DNA of 64,000 nt from Paracoccaceae bacterium (lineage in GTDB: Bacteria > Pseudomonadota > Alphaproteobacteria > Rhodobacterales > Rhodobacteraceae), in assembly GCA_030066905.1 (NCBI GenBank), contig JASJAR010000008.1, positions 42,932-106,931 on the forward strand. The letters are read 5' to 3'. Position 1 is the stretch's first letter; each line of letters opens with the position of its first letter. A model generated the notes under the pieces. It ran no database searches, had not been told where the DNA came from, and was given only the letters and a program-made list of their open reading frames with translations. The translations under genes and the position numbers were made by a program. Below are positions 22,572 to 31,948 of this stretch, in pieces.

Positions 22572-23097
22572 GGTGGGCGCGCTCCGGCTCTGGAGCTACC
22601 GAGTGCTTTTTCTCGCTGCGGTGCTGGGCCTCGTTCTGGTGCTGCTTCTCCCGCTCGGGGTCGATGCCGGGCGGTTGCCCGGCCCCGACGTCATTCTCGC
22701 GTTCACCCTCGCCTGGGCAATGCGCCGGGCGGATCATCTGCCGATCGTGCTGCTGGCCGCGGCGATGCTCGCGGTCGACTTTCTGCTCATGCGGCCGCCT
22801 GGACTGATGGCGGCCCTCACCGTGGTCGCCGTCGAGGTGATCCGGCGGCGCGAATACCAATGGCGCGACCTGCCTTTGCCGGTCGAGTGGCTCATCGGCG
22901 GTGCGATCATTGCCGCGGTCTCGGTGGCCAACGCTGTGGTCCTCGCATTGTTCTTCGTCCCGCAGGCCAGTCTGGGACAGATCCTGATCCGAATGATCTT
23001 CACCGCCGCGATTTACCCCGTTGCGGCCCTGGCGGTGCGCTATGTCTTCGGTGTCACGCGGATGCCCGCCGACGGTGAGCCCGGAGGCCGGACATGA
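22564..23097 (+). CDS. mreD: rod shape-determining protein MreD
   Basis: 177-aa polytopic membrane ORF overlapping the mreC end, in the canonical position. Confidence 0.8.
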   Translation: MGEVGALRLWSYRVLFLAAVLGLVLVLLLPLGVDAGRLPGPDVILAFTLAWAMRRADHLPIVLLAAAMLAVDFLLMRPPGLMAALTVVAVEVIRRREYQWRDLPLPVEWLIGGAIIAAVSVANAVVLALFFVPQASLGQILIRMIFTAAIYPVAALAVRYVFGVTRMPADGEPGGRT

Positions 23098-25037
23098 AAC
23101 GAACCCCGAAGGAGGTGGAAGACAGCGCGCGGCTCGTCACCCGCCGCGGCGCGGTGCTCGGCGGGGTGCAGCTTCTCTTCATGGGCGGGCTTGCCCTGCG
23201 GATGCGGCAGATGCAGGTCGAGGAGGCGGACGAGTACCGGCTTCTGGCGGAGGAAAACCGCATCAACATGCGGCTCATCCCACCCGCACGGGGCGTGATC
23301 TATGATCGCAACGGCGTCCCCATCGCCGACAATTCGCAGAACTACCGGATCATCATCGTCCGCGAGGATGCCGGCGACGTCGAGGAGGTCGTCCGACGGC
23401 TGAAGCGGCTCGTACCGCTCGACGAAAACGACCTAGAGCGCGCGCTGCGCGAGCTTGAGCGCCGGAGCCCGTTTGTTCCGGTCACCCTGGCGGACCGATT
23501 GAGTTGGGAGGACTTCTCCCGCGTCGCCTCGAACGCCCCTGCCCTTCCCGGCATCACACCCGATGTGGGCCTGTCGCGGCACTACCCGATGGCGGAGGAT
23601 TTCGCCCATATTGTCGGCTACGTGGGCCCGGTTTCGGATTACGACCTGTCGCGGATCGAGGATCCGGACCCGCTTCTTCAGATCCCGAAGTTCCAGATCG
23701 GTAAGGTCGGTGTCGAAACCAAGCTAGAGGATAGGCTGCGGGGCAAGGCCGGTACCCGCCGGATCGAGGTGAATGCCGCGGGGCGGGTGATGCGAGAGCT
23801 CGGCCGCGACCCCGGTATCCCGGGGGTGGACCTGCAACTGACCACGGACTGGCGGCTTCAGAACTTCGCTCAGGCTCGGCTCGCCAACGAAAGCGCGGCC
23901 GCCGTCGTGATGGATGTCGAGACCGGCGACCTTCTCGCCATGGCCTCCGCCCCCGCCTTCGACCCCAACAAGTTCGTCCGCGGCATCTCGTCGAGGGATT
24001 ACGGGGAACTCACCGCCAACACCTATCGCCCGCTTGCCAACAAGACGGTACAGGGCACCTACCCGCCGGGCTCCACCTTCAAAATGATGACCGGGCTTGC
24101 CGCACTGAAGGCCGGGGTGATGGGACCGGAAGAGACCGTTTGGTGCCCCGGGCATTTCCAGCTTGGGCGACGCCGGTTCCATTGCTGGAAACGTGGCGGA
24201 CATGGACATGTCAGCTTCGACAAGGCCATCGTCCAGTCTTGCGACACTTATTTCTACGAAGCGTCCCGGCGGCTCGGGATCGACCCTATCGAAGAGATGT
24301 GCCGCGAGTTTGGCCTTGGCGAGCGCTTTGATCTACCGATATCGGCGGTGGCCGAGGGGCTGATTCCTTCGGTAAAATGGAAGGCGCAAGTCAGGGGCGA
24401 GACCTGGCGGCCGGGCGATACGATCAACGCCTCTATCGGGCAGGGCTATGTGCTGACCTCTCCATTGCAACTTGCGGTGATGACCGCGCGGCTGGCGACC
24501 GGGCGGAAGGTGATGCCGCGGCTCGTCAAATCCATCGACGGGTTGGAAACCGAAATCGCGCCGACCGAGCCTGTAAACGTTCCGGCGCATCTGATGGAGA
24601 TGACCCGGCGGGCGATGTACCGGGTGTCGAACTCCGACCGGGGGACGGCAAGGCGCTCGCGCATCGTCGAGGCGTCGATGGAGATGGCCGGGAAGACCGG
24701 GACGAGCCAGGTCAGGAACATCACCGCCGCCGAGCGCGCGGCCGGGGTCTTCAAGAACGAGGACCTGCCCTGGGAGCGCCGCGACCACGGGCTCTTTGTC
24801 TGCTACGCACCCTTCGACCGGCCGAAATATGCCGTGTCGGTGGTGGTCGAACACGGCGGCGGAGGGTCGTCGGCCGCAGCCCCGCCGGCCCGCGACATCC
24901 TGCTTTTCGCGCTCTACGGCGGCATCCCGCCGGTGGAGGCCTACCCGTCGGACCAGCGCGAACGGATGCGCACGATGTACGAGGAATTGGTTCTCCGCGA
25001 CCCGCCCGACCCCGGACCGTCGAGGAGCCGGGCGTGA
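23094..25037 (+). CDS. mrdA: penicillin-binding protein 2 (elongasome transpeptidase)
   Basis: 647 aa with motifs GSTFK, SCD and KTGT, plus a 4-nt overlap with mreD. Confidence 0.92.
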   Translation: MKRTPKEVEDSARLVTRRGAVLGGVQLLFMGGLALRMRQMQVEEADEYRLLAEENRINMRLIPPARGVIYDRNGVPIADNSQNYRIIIVREDAGDVEEVVRRLKRLVPLDENDLERALRELERRSPFVPVTLADRLSWEDFSRVASNAPALPGITPDVGLSRHYPMAEDFAHIVGYVGPVSDYDLSRIEDPDPLLQIPKFQIGKVGVETKLEDRLRGKAGTRRIEVNAAGRVMRELGRDPGIPGVDLQLTTDWRLQNFAQARLANESAAAVVMDVETGDLLAMASAPAFDPNKFVRGISSRDYGELTANTYRPLANKTVQGTYPPGSTFKMMTGLAALKAGVMGPEETVWCPGHFQLGRRRFHCWKRGGHGHVSFDKAIVQSCDTYFYEASRRLGIDPIEEMCREFGLGERFDLPISAVAEGLIPSVKWKAQVRGETWRPGDTINASIGQGYVLTSPLQLAVMTARLATGRKVMPRLVKSIDGLETEIAPTEPVNVPAHLMEMTRRAMYRVSNSDRGTARRSRIVEASMEMAGKTGTSQVRNITAAERAAGVFKNEDLPWERRDHGLFVCYAPFDRPKYAVSVVVEHGGGGSSAAAPPARDILLFALYGGIPPVEAYPSDQRERMRTMYEELVLRDPPDPGPSRSRA

Positions 25038-26179
25038 GCTACCTCGAGCATTCCGTCAAACGCGTCCCCACCGGCGCGCGGAAGATCCTCTATCTCAACT
25101 GGCCGCTGATCCTACTCATAGCTGCCGTCGCCTCTATCGGTTTTCTGATGCTCGTCTCGGTGGCCGGCGGCCGGGTCGACCGCTGGGCCGAGCCCCAGAT
25201 GATCCGCTTCGTGATGGGGATGGTGGCGATGTTCATCGTCGCGATGGTGCCGATCTGGTTCTGGCGGAACATGGCGGGGCTCGCCTACCTCTTTTCGCTC
25301 GCCCTTCTGGTCTTTGTCGAGTTCTTCGGGGTCACCGGCATGGGCGCCCAGCGCTGGATCGATCTGGGCTTCATGCGGCTTCAGCCCTCGGAGGTCACCA
25401 AGATCACGCTGGTGATGATCCTGGCCGCCTATTACGACTGGCTGCCGCTCAATAAGGTCTCGCATCCGCTCTGGGTGCTGATCCCGGTGGCGATCATCCT
25501 CATTCCCACCGCGCTCGTTCTGAAGCAGCCCGATCTCGGCACGGCGATCCTGCTGCTGGCCGGCGGAGGGATCGTGATGTTTCTCGCCGGGGTCTCCTGG
25601 TGGTATTTCGGCGCGGTGGCGGCGGCCGGAGTGGGGCTCGTCTCGGCGGTCTTCGCCTCGCGGGGTACGGACTGGCAGCTCATCAAAGACTACCAGTTCC
25701 GTCGGATCGACACCTTCCTTGACCCGGCCTCGGACCCGCTCGGCGCGGGCTACCACATCACCCAGTCGAAGATCGCGCTGGGTTCGGGCGGCTGGACGGG
25801 GCGGGGCTTCATGCAGGGCACCCAGTCGCGGCTGAACTTCCTGCCCGAAAAGCACACCGATTTCATCTTCACGACGCTGGCCGAGGAATTCGGCTTCATC
25901 GGCGGGATCAGCCTTTTGATCCTTTACGGGCTCATCATCCTCTTCTGCGTCGTTTCCGCCTTCGGCAACCGCGACCGGTTCGGAGCACTTCTGACCCTCG
26001 GCATTGCGGCGGCGTTCTTTCTGTTCTTCGCGGTCAACATGTCGATGGTGATGGGGCTCGCGCCGGTGGTGGGCGTGCCCCTGCCGCTCGTCTCCTTCGG
26101 GGGCTCGGCGATGCTGGTGCTCCTGGTCGCATTCGGACTTGTCCAATCGGCCCATGTCCACCGGCCGAGGGGGTCATGA
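25034..26179 (+). CDS. rodA: peptidoglycan glycosyltransferase RodA (SEDS)
   Basis: Tail of ORF 24377..26179. The GTG at 25034 overlaps the mrdA stop (GTGA) and gives VSYLEHSVKRVPTGARKILYLNWPLILL... and QPSEVTKI. Confidence 0.92.
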   Translation: MSYLEHSVKRVPTGARKILYLNWPLILLIAAVASIGFLMLVSVAGGRVDRWAEPQMIRFVMGMVAMFIVAMVPIWFWRNMAGLAYLFSLALLVFVEFFGVTGMGAQRWIDLGFMRLQPSEVTKITLVMILAAYYDWLPLNKVSHPLWVLIPVAIILIPTALVLKQPDLGTAILLLAGGGIVMFLAGVSWWYFGAVAAAGVGLVSAVFASRGTDWQLIKDYQFRRIDTFLDPASDPLGAGYHITQSKIALGSGGWTGRGFMQGTQSRLNFLPEKHTDFIFTTLAEEFGFIGGISLLILYGLIILFCVVSAFGNRDRFGALLTLGIAAAFFLFFAVNMSMVMGLAPVVGVPLPLVSFGGSAMLVLLVAFGLVQSAHVHRPRGS

Positions 26180-27105
26180 CGCGGGTACTCTTCGCGGCCC
26201 TGCCGTCGCGCTGGGAGGAATACGAGTCTCATCTGAGGGCGGCGTTCGCCGAAGCGGGGCTTGATGTGGAGCTCGACACGAGCTTTGCGCCGGAGACGGT
26301 CGACTACATCGTCTATGCGCCCAACTCCGACGTGCAGGACTTTACGCCCTACACCCGGCTGAAGGCGGTGCTGAACCTCTGGGCGGGGGTCGAGCATGTC
26401 GCGCCGAACCCCACGCTCAAGGTCCCACTGGCCCGGATGGTCGATGCCGGGCTCACCGAGGGGATGGTCGAATGGGTAGCGGGCCATGTCCTGCGCCATC
26501 ACCTCGGGATCGATGCCTGCGTTGCACTCCAAGACGGCGTCTGGCGGCGCCATGTCCCGCCCTTGGCGCGGGAGCGGCGGGTCGGGCTTCTGGGGCTTGG
26601 AGAACTCGGTGCGGCTTGCGGGCGCGCCCTCGCAGAGCTCCATTTCGATGTGCGGGGCTGGTCGCGGAGCGCAAAGGCGCTGCCGGGAGTTGCCTGCCAT
26701 CACGGAGACGATGGCTTCAGCGCGGTGCTTGCCGCGAGCGACATCCTGATCCTTCTGCTGCCATACACGGCGGAGACCGAAAGCATCATCGATGCCAAAG
26801 CGCTCGCGCGGTTGCCGCAGGGCGCGGTGCTTTTGAACCCCGGTCGGGGCGGGCTCATCGACGACGACGCCCTGATCGCCGCACTCGATGCCGGGCATCT
26901 CTCCCATGCCACGCTCGATGTGTTCCGCACCGAACCCCTGCCGCCGGACCACCCGTTCTGGGCCCACCGACAGGTCACCGTGACGCCGCATATCGCCTCG
27001 GACACCCGGGCTCCGACGGCATCCCGGGTTATTGCGGAGAACGTCCGCCGGGGCGAGGCGGGCGAGCCGTTTCTGCATCTCGTGGACAGGCTGGCGGGGT
27101 ACTGA
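26176..27105 (+). CDS. D-2-hydroxyacid dehydrogenase family (glyoxylate/hydroxypyruvate reductase A-like)
   Basis: 309 aa with the NAD fold GLLGLGELG and the C-terminal HIAS catalytic His region. ATGA overlap with the rodA stop. Confidence 0.75.
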   Translation: MTRVLFAALPSRWEEYESHLRAAFAEAGLDVELDTSFAPETVDYIVYAPNSDVQDFTPYTRLKAVLNLWAGVEHVAPNPTLKVPLARMVDAGLTEGMVEWVAGHVLRHHLGIDACVALQDGVWRRHVPPLARERRVGLLGLGELGAACGRALAELHFDVRGWSRSAKALPGVACHHGDDGFSAVLAASDILILLLPYTAETESIIDAKALARLPQGAVLLNPGRGGLIDDDALIAALDAGHLSHATLDVFRTEPLPPDHPFWAHRQVTVTPHIASDTRAPTASRVIAENVRRGEAGEPFLHLVDRLAGY

Positions 27106-27296
27106 GGCCGGGCGGGCCTTCCCGCTCCGTCTCTGCCCCCGCTTTCCCCCGAACACACCGCGTCCCGGGCTTTACCCGGGACATCTATGAGCTCTTCGCT
27201 CCGGTGCGCCCGGGCCCCGGATCACGTCCGGGGCGTGGATCGCTCAAAGGGCAACCGGCGCGGTCCTTCGTCGAGCGGCAATACCCGTCCAAGGTC
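27106..27296 (-). repeat. family-1 repeat, copy 5 (diverged arms)
   Basis: cgcGTCCCGGGctttaCCCGGGACatctatgagctcttcgctccggtgcgcccggGCCCCGGAtcacgTCCGGGGCgtggatcgctcaaagggc... begins right after the stop at 27105. Confidence 0.7.
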
Positions 27297-27332
27297 AAAT
27301 GCCCGAGATCGGTTCGCCCGATATCCATCCTG

Positions 27333-28106
27333 CTAGAGCGGCGTGCCGGGGAAAGGTGCAAGCCCGATCCCAGCCGCCGCCAGCCCCTCCCGCACCGCGC
27401 GCGCCATCGACACGGCGGCCGGGGTGTCGCCGTGCAGGCAAACCGTGTCGATCCGGGTGGGGATGCGCTTGCCGCTTTCGGAGAGGATCGCGCCCGCCTC
27501 GATCATGTCGACCACCCGCCGGGCGGCGCGCTGGGGGGCGCGGATGACGGCGCCGGGCTCGGTCCGGTCGACGAGCGTGGCGTCGTCGGTATAGGCGCGG
27601 TCGGCGAATATCTCGCACGCCACGCGGCATCCGAGCGCGGCGGCAGCGGATTGCTGGGCCGTACCGGCCATGACCATCACGATAATCTCGGGTGCGACGG
27701 CCAGCGCGGCCTCATAGCAGACCCGGGCGAGGGCCTCGTCTTCGGACGCCATGTTCGCCAACGCGCCGTGGAGCTTCACATGACGGATCTCGCTCCCGGT
27801 CTTCGCCGCGATGCCGCGGGCCGCGCCGACCTGGTAGGCGACGAGATTGCCGATGCTCGCCGCGGCCAGGTCTATCCGGCGGCGCCCGAACCCCTGGAGG
27901 TCGGGGAAGCCGGGATGCGCGCCGAGGCCAAGATTGCGCGCCGAGGCGGATGCGAAGGTCCTTTCCATAACGTCCCAGTCGCCGGCATGCATCCCGCAGG
28001 CGACATTGACCGAGGTAACGATGTCGAGAAGCCCCTCGTCGTCGCCCATGGTCCAGGGTCCGAACCCTTCGCCCATATCGGCGTTGAGATCGACGGATCG
28101 TGTCAT
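27333..28106 (-). CDS. pxpA: 5-oxoprolinase subunit A (LamB/YcsF)
   Basis: MTRSVDLNADMGEGFGPWTMGDDEGLLDIVTSVNVACGMHAGD. Confidence 0.9.
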   Translation of the reverse strand: MTRSVDLNADMGEGFGPWTMGDDEGLLDIVTSVNVACGMHAGDWDVMERTFASASARNLGLGAHPGFPDLQGFGRRRIDLAAASIGNLVAYQVGAARGIAAKTGSEIRHVKLHGALANMASEDEALARVCYEAALAVAPEIIVMVMAGTAQQSAAAALGCRVACEIFADRAYTDDATLVDRTEPGAVIRAPQRAARRVVDMIEAGAILSESGKRIPTRIDTVCLHGDTPAAVSMARAVREGLAAAGIGLAPFPGTPL

Positions 28107-29131
28107 GTCTCGGCCCCTTCCGGCGGGTCTCCGGCGGTCACGCCGCTGATGAGGTTATAGGACAGAAGGTCGGGGACGTCCTCTGCGCGGGTGACGAGGC
28201 GTTTGCGGCCCGCGCCGAGGCGTTCGAGGTCCGCCCGGTACGCGCGCTCGATCCCGAGCGCGGTATCGGGGTCGACGAACTGAAACCTCAGTTCGGCACT
28301 GAAGCCGGCCTGAGCTACCCGTGGCAGGTCGGCGGGGAGGATCGTGCCGATCCGGGGGTAACCCCCGGTGGTCTGACATTCGGCGAGAAGGACGTAAGGC
28401 ATCCCGTCGCCGGCGATCTGGATGTCGCCGGGCACGGTGATTTCGGACAGAACCGACAGGCCGGCGTCGGAGGCAAAGCCGGTGCCGTCGGGCAACAGAC
28501 GCTGACCCATCCGGTTGCCGCGCATGTCGCGTCGGAAACGCGTGTCGGCAAAGCGGTCGCGCTCCGCCGGAGTAAAGTCCTCCGTCTGAAGGCTCGGCAC
28601 GACGCGGATCGCTCCGCCGTCGACCCTTTGGGCGACGTCGAGGCGCCATCCGTGACCGATGGGGGTCGCACCGGGCCGGACCGGGAGACTGTCTCCGGCG
28701 TCCAGCGACCGGCCGATCCCGGCAGCCAGATGGACCGAGCGGGAACCGAGCCATTCGGGGGTCTGGATGCCGCCGGCCACATGGAGATACCCGTATCCGC
28801 CTGCCACCGCCGCGCCAATCGCGAGCCGGGTGCCGCCCGGCCAGAGGTGGCTTGCGTTCCAGCGGAGCGGGGCGCCGTCTAGGCGGGCGGCCATCGGCGG
28901 GCCGGTCAGAGCGATGGTCAGGTCGGCGCCGGTCTCGAACACGCCGCCGCGTCCGGCCATTTCGATGGCCGCAAGGCCTGCCGATTGGCCGAGAAGGGCA
29001 GCCCCTTCGTAAAGGGCGAGCCGGTCGACCGCACCGCCGCGCGACAGCCCGAAGGCGAGATACCCGGGCCGCCCGAGGTCCTGGACGGTGAGATGTGGAC
29101 CGCCTTCGAGCACCGTAACGGCCGCGGTCAC
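28103..29131 (-). CDS. pxpC: 5-oxoprolinase subunit C (KipA / allophanate hydrolase subunit 2-like)
   Basis: 342 aa containing VLEGGPHLTVQDLGRPGYLAFGLSRGGAVD. 4-nt overlaps on both sides. Confidence 0.85.
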   Translation of the reverse strand: MTAAVTVLEGGPHLTVQDLGRPGYLAFGLSRGGAVDRLALYEGAALLGQSAGLAAIEMAGRGGVFETGADLTIALTGPPMAARLDGAPLRWNASHLWPGGTRLAIGAAVAGGYGYLHVAGGIQTPEWLGSRSVHLAAGIGRSLDAGDSLPVRPGATPIGHGWRLDVAQRVDGGAIRVVPSLQTEDFTPAERDRFADTRFRRDMRGNRMGQRLLPDGTGFASDAGLSVLSEITVPGDIQIAGDGMPYVLLAECQTTGGYPRIGTILPADLPRVAQAGFSAELRFQFVDPDTALGIERAYRADLERLGAGRKRLVTRAEDVPDLLSYNLISGVTAGDPPEGAET

Positions 29132-29886
29132 GGCAGGTCCTCCGAGGTTGCCCCGCCGTCCGCGCCGCTGGTTTCGAGCCGCTGGAACTCCGCACCTGCC
29201 ACGGGCTCAAAGATCACCTCGTCGCCGGGGGAGAGGACGAACGGCCTCTCGGCCTCGGGCCGGAACGCGCGGAATGCTGTCTGGCCGATATGGCGCCAGC
29301 CGGTTGGTGACGACACCGTAAAGAGGACGAGCTGGCGGATCGCAACCGTCAGCGCCCCGACCGGAACCCGCGGGGTCAGATCGGTCTGGCGCGGGATATC
29401 CCAGCATGGGGGCAGATGCCCCAGATAGGGCTGGCCCGGTGCAAATCCGATGGTCTCGACCCGCAACCTAGTCCCGGCGATGGAGGCGACGGCGGCGTCC
29501 TCGCTGATCCCCGCCAGCGCGGCGGCTTCGCCAAGCTGCGGGCCGCGGTCGCCGCCGAAGACGGTCGGGATGCGCCAGAGCCGGCGGCCGGCGGGCAGCG
29601 GCGCGCGGTACCAATCCCGCCCACCGACAAACGCGGCGAGGGCCCCGCGAAGCGCGTCGGGTTCGGTCTCGGTCGGGTCGAACCGGACATAGGCCGATGC
29701 CAGCGAGGTGGATGTCTCTTCGACGCCGGGCAGGCGAGCGGCGTCGAGCGCGGCGCGGCAGGCGAGCGCGGCACGGTTGGCCGCATCGCTGAGGCGATCG
29801 TCGAAACTGACGAGAAACCCGTCGATGCCCACCGCGCGGATGACCGGCCAGCCCGGCCGCCCATGTTTCCTTCCCGCCGGGCTCAA
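29128..29886 (-). CDS. pxpB: 5-oxoprolinase subunit B (KipI-like); start uncertain
   Basis: ORF 29128..30078(-). The conserved part begins near VIRAVGIDGFLVSFDD. The only plausible start near it is TTG at 29886. The listed 64-codon ATG extension runs into a low-GC leader and is unlikely to be coding. Confidence 0.75.
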   Translation of the reverse strand: MSPAGRKHGRPGWPVIRAVGIDGFLVSFDDRLSDAANRAALACRAALDAARLPGVEETSTSLASAYVRFDPTETEPDALRGALAAFVGGRDWYRAPLPAGRRLWRIPTVFGGDRGPQLGEAAALAGISEDAAVASIAGTRLRVETIGFAPGQPYLGHLPPCWDIPRQTDLTPRVPVGALTVAIRQLVLFTVSSPTGWRHIGQTAFRAFRPEAERPFVLSPGDEVIFEPVAGAEFQRLETSGADGGATSEDLP

Positions 29887-30176
29887 GCGGCACCTTTGCT
29901 CTGGCGCTCGGAGGCTCCACGCGTCGATAGCCCGTGCGGCGAAGGGGCACGGGTCGAACCGACGTTTGGCGGTGTTGGCGGCATTCCTATCCTTCGGGCG
30001 TGCGGGGTCGTGGCGCAGCCGTGACGTATCTGTCCCATAGGGCGTCCTTCCATTCCAACAAATGGATCGCACCATCAAACCCTGGGATCAAACACCCATC
30101 TCATCCTCCTGCCTGTGTTGGCCAGAAGTGAATCAGACAAACCACTCAATGGGAATCCGCTAATTAAGTACGAACC

Positions 30177-30866
30177 CTAAACCCCCAGCCGCGCCACCAG
30201 CGCGGCGAGGGTCTCCCGTTCGCCCTCCCAGGCCGCCATCCGCGAACGATACAGCCCCGCCTGGCTTTTGAGGATCGTCCCATCCGTCAACGCCCGGAGA
30301 TGGTTGTCGCGGAGCGTGGCCCCGGTCGTGGTGATATCGGCGATGGCCTCGGCGATCTCGTTCTTCACCGTCCCTTCCGTTGCCCCCTGGCTGTCGACGA
30401 GGGCGTAGTCGGCCACGCCGGCATGGCGGAGAAATTCACGCACGATCCGGTGGTACTTGGTGGCGATCCGGAGCCGGGTGCCGTGGCGGGCGCGGAAGGC
30501 GGCCGCCGCCCCGTCGAAATCGTCGAGCGTCTCGACATCGACCCAGAAATCCGGAACCGCGATCACCAGATCCGCCTGCCCGAAGCCAAGCTCGGCCACG
30601 GGCTCCACCCGGTCTTCCCAGAAGGCCAGCTTTTCCTCAATCATGTCCCGGCCCGTCACCCCGAGATGGAGCCGCCCGGCCCCCAGTTCGCGGGGGATTT
30701 CCCCCGCCGAGAGGAGCACCAGATCGACACCGCCGATGCCCTCGACGACACCGGCATACTCCCGGTCGGCGCCGGCCCGCGAGAGCGTCACGCCGCGCTT
30801 TCCGAACCAGTCGAAGGTCTTCTCCATAAGCCGGCCCTTGGAGGGCACCCCGAGCTTCAGCGTCAT
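30177..30866 (-). CDS. hisG: ATP phosphoribosyltransferase catalytic subunit (short form)
   Basis: 229 aa starting [21 protein letters not shown], preceded by hisZ. Confidence 0.9.
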   Translation of the reverse strand: MTLKLGVPSKGRLMEKTFDWFGKRGVTLSRAGADREYAGVVEGIGGVDLVLLSAGEIPRELGAGRLHLGVTGRDMIEEKLAFWEDRVEPVAELGFGQADLVIAVPDFWVDVETLDDFDGAAAAFRARHGTRLRIATKYHRIVREFLRHAGVADYALVDSQGATEGTVKNEIAEAIADITTTGATLRDNHLRALTDGTILKSQAGLYRSRMAAWEGERETLAALVARLGV

Positions 30867-31948
30867 CGCTGCACCTCCGGCAGGAGGGCCGGGCGGATCA
30901 CCCCGCCGATGGCCGGCGGTGCGCCTGCGCCGCCGAGCGCCCGGGCGAGCGCGTCATAGCGGCCTCCCGAAGCGACGGGGGGCAAGTCCGGGCGGTCGGG
31001 CCTCAGAAAGCCGAAGATGAACCCGTCGTAGTACTCGAGCGTGGTGCGCCCGTAGGTGGCCTCGAAAGTGAGCCTGTCGAGGTCCACTCCGGCCGCCGAG
31101 AGCCCGTCGAAGCGTGCGGCCAGCCGGTCGATGGCCGGTGCTATGGCGGGGAGATCGACGGCGATGTTGCGGACCTGCGACAAGGCTTTCTCCGGCGTCT
31201 CGCGGACTTCCAGTAGCGCGTCGAGAGCCGCGATCTCGGCCGGCGGCACGGGGGGGGCTGCGGCGTCCTCGGCAAGGGCGGCGAGCCGGGCCAGAACGTC
31301 GTCGCGGCGCCTCAGGCCGACCTCGGGGCCCCGGCCCGCCAAGGCCGTCTCATCGGCCGGCGGGCGGGCAGCGGCGGGCCGGGAGAACCGCTCGAGGAGC
31401 GCCCGGAACCGCCGCGGCCGCCAGAGGTGACGCCGCAGCGCGGCCTTGCGCGCCCCGGTCGTCGACAGCCCTTCGACGGCGGCGGCCAGAAGCCCGATAT
31501 CGCCGGTCACGGCCGCGAGATCGTATGGGGCCAGGAGTTCAGCAAAGAGCGCGAAGACCTCCGCATCCGCCGCCGGCCCTGCCTCCCCGAAGACCTCGAT
31601 CCCGGCCTGGAGGAACTCCGGCGGCCGCCGCGAGCCGGTCTCCTGCTGCCGGAACACCTCGCCGGCATAGGCATAGCGCGCAGCCGCGCGGCCGGCGTCG
31701 AGATGGGCGCGGGCGACGGGAACGGTGAAGTCGGGCCTCAGCATCGCCTCGCCCATAACGGGGTCGTGGGTGACGAAGGCACGTGCCCGGATGTCTTCGC
31801 CGTAAAGGTCGAGAAGCACATCGGCCGGTTGCAGGATGTCGGCCTCCACGGGTTCGGCCCCAGCGGCAACGAAGGCGGCCTTCAGGCGCTCGGCCGCGGC
31901 CCGAAGGGCCGCTTTGGCGTTGGCGCGAAGCGCGGCCTTGCCGGTCAT
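30863..31948 (-). CDS. hisZ: ATP phosphoribosyltransferase regulatory subunit
   Basis: The ATG at 31948 overlaps the hisS stop (ATGA). It is a HisRS-like core without an anticodon domain ([14 protein letters not shown]). Confidence 0.85.
   Translation of the reverse strand: MTGKAALRANAKAALRAAAERLKAAFVAAGAEPVEADILQPADVLLDLYGEDIRARAFVTHDPVMGEAMLRPDFTVPVARAHLDAGRAAARYAYAGEVFRQQETGSRRPPEFLQAGIEVFGEAGPAADAEVFALFAELLAPYDLAAVTGDIGLLAAAVEGLSTTGARKAALRRHLWRPRRFRALLERFSRPAAARPPADETALAGRGPEVGLRRRDDVLARLAALAEDAAAPPVPPAEIAALDALLEVRETPEKALSQVRNIAVDLPAIAPAIDRLAARFDGLSAAGVDLDRLTFEATYGRTTLEYYDGFIFGFLRPDRPDLPPVASGGRYDALARALGGAGAPPAIGGVIRPALLPEVQR

Noticed and set aside
30040-30176. Low-GC stretch between hisG stop and pxpB, with a mini-ORF after AGGAGG (MRWVFDPRV).
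   Set aside because: It is short and has no structure or conservation that I can evaluate. It is most simply the promoter/leader of pxpBCA.
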